Origin: an uncultured virus (IMG/VR IMGVR_UViG_3300027969_000078) | Lineage: Duplodnaviria > Heunggongvirae > Uroviricota > Caudoviricetes | Direction: 5' to 3' (one strand) | Virus record (IMG/VR): IMGVR_UViG_3300027969_000078 | Length of the DNA stretch: 20,000 nt | Shown here: positions 6,968 through 13,781 of the stretch, in pieces | Layout of the letters: every line of letters starts with the position of its first letter | How positions within the stretch are numbered: the stretch's first letter is position 1 | Notes under the pieces: generated by a model | The model's input: the letters and a program-made list of their open reading frames with translations, nothing else | The model's database searches: none | Told to the model about the DNA's origin: nothing | Program-made: the position numbers and the translations under genes

Positions 6968-7798
6968 ATGTGTCTCCTCGTCGTTGCGTCGCCTAATAGC
7001 ACGCCAAAGAAGAAGGACTTAGAGTGTGCTTCTTGTAACAATCCGCACGGCTTCGGCTTTGCTGTAATAACCCCGAATGGTATCGTTACTGGTAAGGGTA
7101 TGTCTGCTAAGAAAGTAATCAAGCAGTTCCTAGAAGTACGCAAGGAATATCCAAACAGTTATGCTATGTTCCACGCACGCTATGCAACGCACGGCGTGAA
7201 GAATGATGATAACTGCCACCCGTTCAAGGTTCCTAGTAACCCAGATACATATCTGGCACACAATGGTATCCTTGACATCGACATCAAGGCTGGCGACCGC
7301 CGTAGCGATACGCGTATCTTTGCAGAAGATACCTTACCTGCTATGGGTGGTGTGTCTGCACTAGATGATGAGCACGTATGGAATATGGTTAGCAAGTGGT
7401 CGCTAGGTAGTAAGATAGTTATCTTCACCCTAGACCCTGCTGCTAAGGATAACTGCTACATCATCAACGAGTCTGCTGGTCATTGGGATAACGAGGGAAT
7501 GTGGTGGTCTAACACTACCTACTTGCCCTCCACTTGGTCATCATCATATCTTACCAAGCCCAGTAATAGCGGACACCCTACGGCAGTTGAGATAGAGAGC
7601 GAGTGCGGTGCGTGTGGTGCTGTACCATTTGAAGATGGCAACCCGTACTACTGCGAGATGTGCTATGCTTGCTTTGACTGCACTGGTGTGTACGGGGATA
7701 ACTGCCTATGCTATACACCAGAACGTACCAAGTCTGCATACACACTAGGAGAAAGGGATTGGTGGAATAATGGAAAATCCTACAGTTGGAATCGGTAG
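6968..7798 (+). CDS. Class II (Ntn) glutamine amidotransferase with a Cys-rich C-terminus
   Basis: N-terminal Met-Cys, NPHGFG, HARYATHG, NCHPF, AHNG, SDT. Confidence 0.9.
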   Translation: MCLLVVASPNSTPKKKDLECASCNNPHGFGFAVITPNGIVTGKGMSAKKVIKQFLEVRKEYPNSYAMFHARYATHGVKNDDNCHPFKVPSNPDTYLAHNGILDIDIKAGDRRSDTRIFAEDTLPAMGGVSALDDEHVWNMVSKWSLGSKIVIFTLDPAAKDNCYIINESAGHWDNEGMWWSNTTYLPSTWSSSYLTKPSNSGHPTAVEIESECGACGAVPFEDGNPYYCEMCYACFDCTGVYGDNCLCYTPERTKSAYTLGERDWWNNGKSYSWNR

Positions 7799-7801
7799 TC
7801 G

Positions 7802-7815
7802 TTCGGTTAACCGAA
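7802..7815. repeat. Palindrome A copy 7
   Basis: Exact copy, 3 nt after the GATase stop; its last A is the A of ATG 7815. Confidence 0.9.
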
Positions 7816-8018
7816 TGGCCGACACAAACAAAATCACAATCGTCGACCCCATCTGGGGGCAGAAGGTTGCGCATTGGATTACAATCACAGACTGTGGTAA
7901 AGAAGGCTCGGTAATGTATGGGCCATTCGATACTATGGAGAAGGCTGTAGAGTGGGGTAGACAACTAATCAACGCGAGCATAGAACCAGTCTATGTTCCA
8001 GCATACAATAGGGGGTAA
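7815..8018 (+). CDS. Hypothetical protein (start at 7815 or 7770)
   Basis: MADTNKITIVDPIWGQKVAHW...; the next ORF starts at 8020. Confidence 0.7.
   Translation: MADTNKITIVDPIWGQKVAHWITITDCGKEGSVMYGPFDTMEKAVEWGRQLINASIEPVYVPAYNRG
7819..7829 (+). repeat. Motif B copy 4
   Basis: CCGACACAAAC followed by AAAATCAC, 3 nt after palindrome copy 7. Confidence 0.8.
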
Positions 8019-8019
8019 T

Positions 8020-8172
8020 ATGACAACCGAGCAGAGGGAGCAGTTACGTGAAGTACTTATCGACTATCTCGAGGTTCTTACATCTAGTAGCGGTATCACG
8101 ACATCAAAGTACGAGTACCAGCACGACCAAAAGATAGCGCAAGTCCGATTACTACTAAGAGAGGTGGCGTAA
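8020..8172 (+). CDS. Hypothetical microprotein (50 aa)
   Basis: MTTEQREQLREVLIDYLEVLTSSSGITTSKYEYQHDQKIAQVRLLLREVA; GGGGGT RBS. Confidence 0.75.
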   Translation: MTTEQREQLREVLIDYLEVLTSSSGITTSKYEYQHDQKIAQVRLLLREVA

Positions 8173-8303
8173 TGGGTAACTATACCTTATGGGTGGGTGG
8201 TAGTGAGATGAACTCTAACTATCTTACCAGACGAGATGCAGAGTACTGGGCGCAAGAAATGATTGAAATGGGATATGATGATGTAATAGTGGAGGGAATA
8301 TAA
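8172..8303 (+). CDS. Hypothetical microprotein (43 aa)
   Basis: MGNYTLWVGGSEMNSNYLTRRDAEYWAQEMIEMGYDDVIVEGI; GAGGTG RBS; TAATG coupling. Confidence 0.75.
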   Translation: MGNYTLWVGGSEMNSNYLTRRDAEYWAQEMIEMGYDDVIVEGI

Positions 8304-8506
8304 TGGGTACATACATTGTAAGCGTGTATCATACCGAGAAGTACGAGTTAGATGCAGATACGGCAGAGGAAGCGTTAAAGGTGGCGCGAGATTGCGTTAC
8401 TGACAACTATGGCTACCTCTACTTAGATAATGCTGCGTTTAATCCAGTCAGAGTAGATATCCCCCAAGCGGGGGACTTAACGGATGCGGGGTTAGCAGGT
8501 GAGTGA
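8303..8506 (+). CDS. Hypothetical protein (67 aa)
   Basis: GGAGG RBS; TAATG coupling. Confidence 0.75.
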   Translation: MGTYIVSVYHTEKYELDADTAEEALKVARDCVTDNYGYLYLDNAAFNPVRVDIPQAGDLTDAGLAGE

Positions 8507-8612
8507 GCCAAGGTGGTTAGAAGGAGACGACATAGCCCTAGGACTAGACGAAGATGAGGAGGAATACGAAGATGACCCAGATAGACTCCACGATGAATTC
8601 TATGAAGATTGA
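8499..8612 (+). CDS. Very acidic microprotein (37 aa)
   Basis: GTG start; MSEPRWLEGDDIALGLDEDEEEYEDDPDRLHDEFYED (18 D/E); fills the gap before whiB. Confidence 0.65.
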   Translation: MSEPRWLEGDDIALGLDEDEEEYEDDPDRLHDEFYED

Positions 8613-8931
8613 GGAGAATCTAGGCAACTGCCACGGAGATGACAATCCAGATGCGTGGTTTCCTGACGTACCGCAAGGTGCTTTCTCTGTTAAGAAGCAA
8701 GCCATTCTAGGGGTTGAGACACGTAGGGCTATCGCCCTATGTAACTCTTGCCCTAAGAAACAAGCCTGTCTACAAGAAGGTATGAAGACTGAAAACTTGG
8801 GTTATGGCATTTGGGGTGGTATGCTTGCAGGTGAGCGCGTCATTGCAAGTGGCAAGACCTTTACTAAGTTAAGCGACCAAGGCAGAGCGCTGATAAGTTA
8901 TAGGGTGTTAAAACCCTTGATTGGTAGGTAG
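8602..8931 (+). CDS. whiB: WhiB-family Fe-S transcription regulator
   Basis: C..DNPDAWFP, C-x2-C-x5-C (CNSCPKKQAC), GIWGG turn; start at 8602 is inferred. Confidence 0.9.
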   Translation: MKIEENLGNCHGDDNPDAWFPDVPQGAFSVKKQAILGVETRRAIALCNSCPKKQACLQEGMKTENLGYGIWGGMLAGERVIASGKTFTKLSDQGRALISYRVLKPLIGR

Positions 8932-8933
8932 AT

Positions 8934-9323
8934 ATGCTAAAGAAAGTTGCACTACTGCTAGTTATACTGATTGCAGTATCATTCTTTCCTCATTCGGTTA
9001 ACCGAACAGAGCCAAAGATAACAGCAAGGGAGTGGCAAGTAGCAGACAGCAAGGCTTATGCTCAAGATGTAGTACTTGCTTGGGCAGATAATCAGTACCT
9101 ATGCTTGGAGAAACTGTGGACTAAGGAGTCCAACTGGAGACCCGAGGCGTACAACAAGGTAAAGGTAATGGGTAAGAACGCTGGCGGTATACCACAGATA
9201 TTGGGAATGTCGACACAAACACCTGCACCAAAGCAGATAGACAGGGGATTTGCCTACATTATGCATAGATATGGCACACCCTGCATGGCTTGGAAGCATC
9301 ACAAAAGGAGAGGGTGGTACTAG
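8934..9323 (+). CDS. Secreted or membrane-anchored lytic transglycosylase (SLT/lysozyme-like, actinobacterial type)
   Basis: Signal-like N-terminus; catalytic KESNW, AGGIPQ, QIDRGFAYI..RYGTPC.AW, C-terminal GWY. Confidence 0.85.
   Translation: MLKKVALLLVILIAVSFFPHSVNRTEPKITAREWQVADSKAYAQDVVLAWADNQYLCLEKLWTKESNWRPEAYNKVKVMGKNAGGIPQILGMSTQTPAPKQIDRGFAYIMHRYGTPCMAWKHHKRRGWY
8993..9006. repeat. Palindrome A copy 8 (inside the SLT gene)
   Basis: Exact copy. Confidence 0.9.
9211..9220 (+). repeat. Motif B copy 5 (CGACACAAAC, inside the SLT gene)
   Basis: 10 of 11 positions match; same orientation as the other copies. Confidence 0.6.
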
Positions 9324-9499
9324 TGGCTAGTTATGAGTACAAGTGCAATGCCGACAATGAGTCGGTTACTGTCAGCAGGGGTATGACAGAAGATGAGATT
9401 ATCCCATATTGTGATACGTGCAATGAACCTATGAGCAGGGTGTATAGCGCACCACCAGTCAAGTTCAATGGGACTGGCTTCTACAGTACGGGAGGGTAA
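9323..9499 (+). CDS. FmdB-family zinc-ribbon protein
   Basis: GTG start; YEYKC...CDTC...RVYSAPPVKFNGTGFYST. Confidence 0.8.
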   Translation: MASYEYKCNADNESVTVSRGMTEDEIIPYCDTCNEPMSRVYSAPPVKFNGTGFYSTGG

Positions 9500-9613
9500 A
9501 TGACAGATGATGAGATGCAAGAACTACAGGAAGGTATCGTAGATGGTATACAAGACTACTTCGATAACTATGATTGGGATAAAGCATTCGCTAAATACTT
9601 GGAGGGCAAATGA
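9500..9613 (+). CDS. Acidic microprotein (37 aa)
   Basis: MTDDEMQELQEGIVDGIQDYFDNYDWDKAFAKYLEGK; GGAGG RBS; ATGA overlap with the next gene. Confidence 0.8.
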   Translation: MTDDEMQELQEGIVDGIQDYFDNYDWDKAFAKYLEGK

Positions 9614-10035
9614 AAGATAGTAATTGGGACTTAGACTATAGGGCTGGGCTACTTGGTGAAAGCAAGATAGCCGACTTGCTACATATGGATACTGTTGAGG
9701 TTAAGACAGATAGGCGTTGGCGCGAGACTGGCAACATCTATATCGAGACTGAGTGTTTCTATCAAAGCGACAACGAGTGGAAGCCATCTGGAATACGAGT
9801 AAGTCAGGCTAGCCATTGGGGTTTTGTATTAGAAGATACGATACTCATCGTTCCTATGTATCGACTCAAGGAGATTATCTGGGAGCACGGCAAGCCTATC
9901 ACTTGCAACATTCCACCTAATCCTACGAGAGGTTATCTGATTAAGCCCGGGGCTTTAATCGAGTGCGTACGCGTTGCAAGGAACTTTGAGATTGAGGCAC
10001 ACGACGAATACGAAACCGACAGAATATATGGATGA
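9610..10035 (+). CDS. PD-(D/E)XK-like nuclease-fold protein
   Basis: GE...EVKTD...TGNIYIE pattern; GGAGG RBS. Confidence 0.6.
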   Translation: MKDSNWDLDYRAGLLGESKIADLLHMDTVEVKTDRRWRETGNIYIETECFYQSDNEWKPSGIRVSQASHWGFVLEDTILIVPMYRLKEIIWEHGKPITCNIPPNPTRGYLIKPGALIECVRVARNFEIEAHDEYETDRIYG

Positions 10036-10039
10036 TGCT

Positions 10040-10732
10040 TTAGTCATCGCTGCTGGTATCATCACTATCGGAAGCGCCTTGTTCATTGCTTCCGTTGTCT
10101 TTCCCATCATCATTCGTCTCATCCTTGTCTAGGAAGGGGCGGTATCCACCAAGTCGATTGATAATCTTCTTGATGGCACGCTTGTGGCGCATACGCGCTG
10201 CATCGTCACTAGAAAGTTGAAGTTCAGTAGCAATCGAGGAATAGTCCAGGGAGTTAGCGTGCTTGAGGAACAGGATAGACTTATCTTCCTTACTCAAGGT
10301 ATCGTATGCAACCTTAATCTCGGCCATCATCGCCATCATATTACCACCTTCCGATGGTGCTGATGGTCGTCCTGGCATTCCAAGATTTAATTTAGGTGCT
10401 TCTGCGGTTTCACCGCGCAGGATTGCTGGTAGCAAGGCTTCGATAACATCTGCCTCGTAATAGAACAGGTCAGATAGTTCATACCCAATAGACTTAGACT
10501 TCCATAGTTGGCAGTAGTCCAATGCTTGATTACGTAGAGAACGATACAATAAGTTCTGCGCTGAGCGATTACCCAACTTCTCCCACTCAGTTAACTTACG
10601 TGGATGCGACACAAACCATTCGTAGAGCGACTGCTTAATGTCTTCGCGCTCGACCATTGTGTACTTCTTATGGTATTCATCTGCAACGTGAGCGGCAATG
10701 TATTCCCACTTCTCAATACGCTCCCAGTTCAT
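10040..10732 (-). CDS. Phage RNA polymerase sigma factor (sigma70/ECF-like)
   Basis: Region 2-like EREDIKQSLYEWF...LRNQALDY; region 4-like LSKEDKSILFLK...YSSIA.EL....AARMRHKRAIKKI; start at the ATGA overlap. Confidence 0.8.
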   Translation of the reverse strand: MNWERIEKWEYIAAHVADEYHKKYTMVEREDIKQSLYEWFVSHPRKLTEWEKLGNRSAQNLLYRSLRNQALDYCQLWKSKSIGYELSDLFYYEADVIEALLPAILRGETAEAPKLNLGMPGRPSAPSEGGNMMAMMAEIKVAYDTLSKEDKSILFLKHANSLDYSSIATELQLSSDDAARMRHKRAIKKIINRLGGYRPFLDKDETNDDGKDNGSNEQGASDSDDTSSDD

Positions 10733-11472
10733 CGACCCCACACCTTGCCTTCCACAATGAACGACCCATCCTTTGCAATTGGAATAGTTACTGGAACTAC
10801 TGTGCGACCATCAACGTAGAGCATACCAAAGCCTTGCTGCCAAGTGAACAGTCCGCCCTTAATATATTTTGCTTCCTTGTACTTCATAAGGTTTCCAACT
10901 TCCATACCCCATACAGTCTGAGGAGAAGATGAACCATAAGATTGAGTGTTGTGTGCTAATCCCATACGATGAGTATGACCGCAGACGACAGACTTACCTG
11001 TACGCATAGCCAAACCTAGGGCCGTAAGCCCTCCAGTTGACTTCATAGCGCCTTCATCGCCGTGCATAAGCAACCAGTTAGGAGCCAATTCATAAGGCTT
11101 CTCGTGGTATGTAGCGCCGATATCTGGTAAGCGCAGGAACTGTGGCAAGTCCAACTCGGGTAGCCCGAGCAACCCAGGAGCACGCATCATAACCGTGTTA
11201 TACAATCGGTCCGTGTGGTTTGACCGAATGATATGCTTGACCTTGAGTGACTCGAGTACCCGAGTGGTCTCGTCTCTATCCCGTCCGATAGAACGCTCAT
11301 ACTCTAGGGGAGTACCCTTTGACCATTTTGAAATAGTCTGCATATCCATTTCATCACCAACGCTTACTACTTCTGTTGGCTTGTAAGCCTTGATGAATTT
11401 AGCAAGGTTAGCAACTGCACGCTTATCGTGATAAGGTATTTGTAAATCGGAAACACAGACTATAGTTTTCAT
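10729..11472 (-). CDS. Calcineurin-like metallophosphoesterase
   Basis: SDLQ, GDEMD, SNH, HGD, GHTH motifs. Confidence 0.88.
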   Translation of the reverse strand: MKTIVCVSDLQIPYHDKRAVANLAKFIKAYKPTEVVSVGDEMDMQTISKWSKGTPLEYERSIGRDRDETTRVLESLKVKHIIRSNHTDRLYNTVMMRAPGLLGLPELDLPQFLRLPDIGATYHEKPYELAPNWLLMHGDEGAMKSTGGLTALGLAMRTGKSVVCGHTHRMGLAHNTQSYGSSSPQTVWGMEVGNLMKYKEAKYIKGGLFTWQQGFGMLYVDGRTVVPVTIPIAKDGSFIVEGKVWGR

Positions 11473-11807
11473 GGCTTCTTTTTAACCGCTTTCTTGGTAG
11501 CCTTCTTGGCGACTTTCTTTACCGTCTTCTTTGCGGTAGCACGACGCTTGTTCTCTTTGGCTACGTTATCTGAGTGACTCATCGCTTGTAGATTGCTATG
11601 GCCATCACGACCAGCCCTGCCACCATTATCTTTATGGTCCACGTCAGTGGTTTTAGGTAACGTCTTGCCTGTAGTCTTTTCGTAATCAACGCGAGCCTTA
11701 TTGCTAGAAGTCGTAACCGTAGTGCCGTCCTTCTTTTTACGTTTGAAAACATAGATTGGTCGTCCGCCATTTTGCTTACTTCCCTTGTATGGTCCAAAGA
11801 TTTTCAT
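11469..11807 (-). CDS. HNH-motif protein with a histone-like K/A tail
   Basis: VDHKDN...NLQAMSHSDN; C-terminus AKKTVKKVAKKATKKAVKKKP. Confidence 0.7.
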   Translation of the reverse strand: MKIFGPYKGSKQNGGRPIYVFKRKKKDGTTVTTSSNKARVDYEKTTGKTLPKTTDVDHKDNGGRAGRDGHSNLQAMSHSDNVAKENKRRATAKKTVKKVAKKATKKAVKKKP

Positions 11808-12115
11808 TAGTTATCCCACTTTCCTCTGAGCACTAGCAACCCAATGATTGCATAGTTAGCCATGTCCTTGAATGAATCCTCTAGCGACTCATGCTCTGGG
11901 GCTACACCGCTATCGGTTAGGTTGTTGATACGTGCTAACTTGTCGTGCATTCGTACACGCAGGCCATTGATAGCACCGCCAGGAGCATCAGAAATATTCT
12001 TTGGGCCGTAGTCACGGTGCTTGCTAAGTAGCAGGTCTCCTAGTTCCTGGGTAACCTTAGTCAGTTCATTGTCTAGTGTAAATGTTCTGTCTATGTAGCG
12101 GTCGGGATGGTTCAT
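11807..12115 (-). CDS. DUF1599 / nucleotide-modification-associated all-alpha pyrophosphatase-like protein
   Basis: KHRDYG..NI, RMHDKLARINNL, ESLEDSFKDMANYAII. Confidence 0.75.
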   Translation of the reverse strand: MNHPDRYIDRTFTLDNELTKVTQELGDLLLSKHRDYGPKNISDAPGGAINGLRVRMHDKLARINNLTDSGVAPEHESLEDSFKDMANYAIIGLLVLRGKWDN

Positions 12116-12453
12116 TTGTTCTCCTCTAGTAGTTTCTTTAATTCGCGGTCTATCTCAAACATATGTTCGTGGATGATTGCATCCTCAACCAACTTCTTCA
12201 TCAATGGTATGTTAGATTCAGATGCATACAGCGTAGCGTAAGTCAACTCAACAATAGTCTTGACTTCTTCTGGGTCATCTGCCTTCTCGTACAGTTGGCG
12301 TAGTAGGCTACCGAATAGCAGTTGATAGCCACTAGGTAGGGATATTACGGGATTGAATTCTTCTTCATCATTATCATCAACCATATGGTCTACTGCTTCG
12401 AATATGTTATCAAACTGTTGCCCACATACGGAGCAAGGAGGTATATCAGTCAA
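12112..12453 (-). CDS. Hypothetical protein with an N-terminal C2H-type Zn finger
   Basis: CSVCGQQF.......H. Confidence 0.7.
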   Translation of the reverse strand: MTDIPPCSVCGQQFDNIFEAVDHMVDDNDEEEFNPVISLPSGYQLLFGSLLRQLYEKADDPEEVKTIVELTYATLYASESNIPLMKKLVEDAIIHEHMFEIDRELKKLLEENK

Positions 12454-13072
12454 CGTTTAATCCTATCTTATCTCGGATGTAGTCTGCGCCGTACTTGACG
12501 AAAGATGAGTTAACGTCCTCTCCGTCTTCCATTGTAACCACTGTTGTGGGTAATTCTTTTGCAAGTCCTCGCGCAAACTCGCGTCCAGGTTCATCGCCAT
12601 CGGCAAAGATAAAGACACGTTCGAAATCAGCGAGTAGTCTGGTGTAGTGTTTCTTCCACGAATTAGACCCAGGAACCCCGATACACGGGATACCAACGAG
12701 TGCAGATAGCGTAAGCGTATCGAGTTCGCCTTCACACACACCAATCCAATCGCCTGCTTTCTCAATGTCTAACACGTTGTACATCTTCGTCTCTGCCCCT
12801 GTCATACCCATATACTTGGGTTCAACTGCTGGGTCTAGCGACCTAAATCTTAAATCAACTACGCCTGTCTTGGTAATGTACGGGATAGATAGCCTGCCTT
12901 TGTACTGCTCGTGGCCAGGTTCAGGCTCCGCGACTACGCCTAATTGCGCCAGACGTGCTGCTTCCCTTGTGATTCCCCGACTTGCTAGGTAATCTGCGGC
13001 CAGATGAATACTTTCCGCGTACTTCTTGCTGGCTCTGCCCAGTAATTCCTTCTGCGATTGACTTTGCTTCAC
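12446..13072 (-). CDS. DNA primase, catalytic/Toprim part
   Basis: YLASRGI, IPY, PKY, CEGELD, ADGDEPG, EDVNS; GTG at 13072 preceded by GAAAGGTG. Confidence 0.88.
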   Translation of the reverse strand: MKQSQSQKELLGRASKKYAESIHLAADYLASRGITREAARLAQLGVVAEPEPGHEQYKGRLSIPYITKTGVVDLRFRSLDPAVEPKYMGMTGAETKMYNVLDIEKAGDWIGVCEGELDTLTLSALVGIPCIGVPGSNSWKKHYTRLLADFERVFIFADGDEPGREFARGLAKELPTTVVTMEDGEDVNSSFVKYGADYIRDKIGLNVD

Positions 13073-13295
13073 GTATATCGCACCTTTCTTGTTTAGCAAT
13101 TATTTGAATGCTATTGCCTTGCATACCACACGCGAAGCAATTGAATATGTTGTTCTTAGTATTGAAACTTGCACTAGCATGAGAGTCGTTGTGGAATGGA
13201 CACTTGACGTTAACCTGACCGCTAGAGCGAGTAATGTTTGCACCGTAGTGCTTGAGTACTGCTACTATGTCTGGTAAGTCATCAACCAAATACAT
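12921..13295 (-). CDS. DNA primase CHC2 zinc-binding domain protein
   Basis: CPFHND...S.S......FNCFACG. Confidence 0.88.
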   Translation of the reverse strand: MYLVDDLPDIVAVLKHYGANITRSSGQVNVKCPFHNDSHASASFNTKNNIFNCFACGMQGNSIQIIAKQERCDIREAKSIAEGITGQSQQEVRGKYSSGRRLPSKSGNHKGSSTSGAIRRSRGA

Positions 13296-13647
13296 CGCCC
13301 AACCTTAACACTAGATACGAATCGGCTATCGCTTTTCCTCTGGCTTTGATAACAACCGCTGGAAGGACATCATCGTGAGCAATGTTCCTTGCTTCTGCGT
13401 AGTTTCTCGCTTCCACTTGGGATTCTTTCTGCCACCCAGAGAGGTTGATTGCGTTCCCTGCCCCTGGGGCTTTGGCTTCGAGGATTCCAATTGAACCAAA
13501 GAAGTCCGAACGGACGACAATATCGCCCTCATCTTTACTACCTCGTCGAGCAAGGCGTTCAGCGTCGTATCCAAGTTTTCTAAAGTAGTCTTTGAGGTCT
13601 GTTTCATAGGTTGCACCTCTAGCCTTGTGGCTTTTCCGTGTTGTCAT
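13282..13647 (-). CDS. Holliday junction resolvase (Hjc-like PD-(D/E)XK)
   Basis: KARGATYE...GD....EAK; start at MTTRKS is inferred. Confidence 0.75.
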   Translation of the reverse strand: MTTRKSHKARGATYETDLKDYFRKLGYDAERLARRGSKDEGDIVVRSDFFGSIGILEAKAPGAGNAINLSGWQKESQVEARNYAEARNIAHDDVLPAVVIKARGKAIADSYLVLRLGDVFG

Positions 13648-13774
13648 CTTCATCCCCAAAGTTAGGTACTTCTACAGATTCAATTGCCGTACGTAGTGCG
13701 TTTTCAAAGTTGCTGGTTACTGCATCTGCTGCATCTTGCCAACCCTGTAGGTAGGCTTCTTCTAGTGACTTCAT
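13619..13774 (-). CDS. Hypothetical acidic microprotein (51 aa)
   Basis: MKSLEEAYLQGWQDAADAVTSNFENALRTAIESVEVPNFGDEDDNTEKPQG; AGGAG RBS; not in the ORF track. Confidence 0.7.
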   Translation of the reverse strand: MKSLEEAYLQGWQDAADAVTSNFENALRTAIESVEVPNFGDEDDNTEKPQG

Positions 13775-13781
13775 GTTTCTC

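Noticed and set aside
8554..8601. N-terminal extension of WhiB in the ORF track
   Set aside because: Better explained by the overlapping acidic ORF 8499-8612; start moved to 8602.
3536..9006. Palindrome A as a CRISPR repeat, LexA/SOS box or parS site
   Set aside because: Spacing is irregular (about 95-1200 bp) with genes in between, so it is not CRISPR. The half-sites are GTTCG-N6-CGAAC, the reverse arrangement of the Gram-positive SOS box CGAAC-N4-GTTCG. It does not match parS GTTTCACGTGAAAC.
9939..9960. Hairpin GATTAAGCCCGGGGCTTTAATC as a terminator
   Set aside because: Inside a CDS with no clear U-tract; function unsupported.
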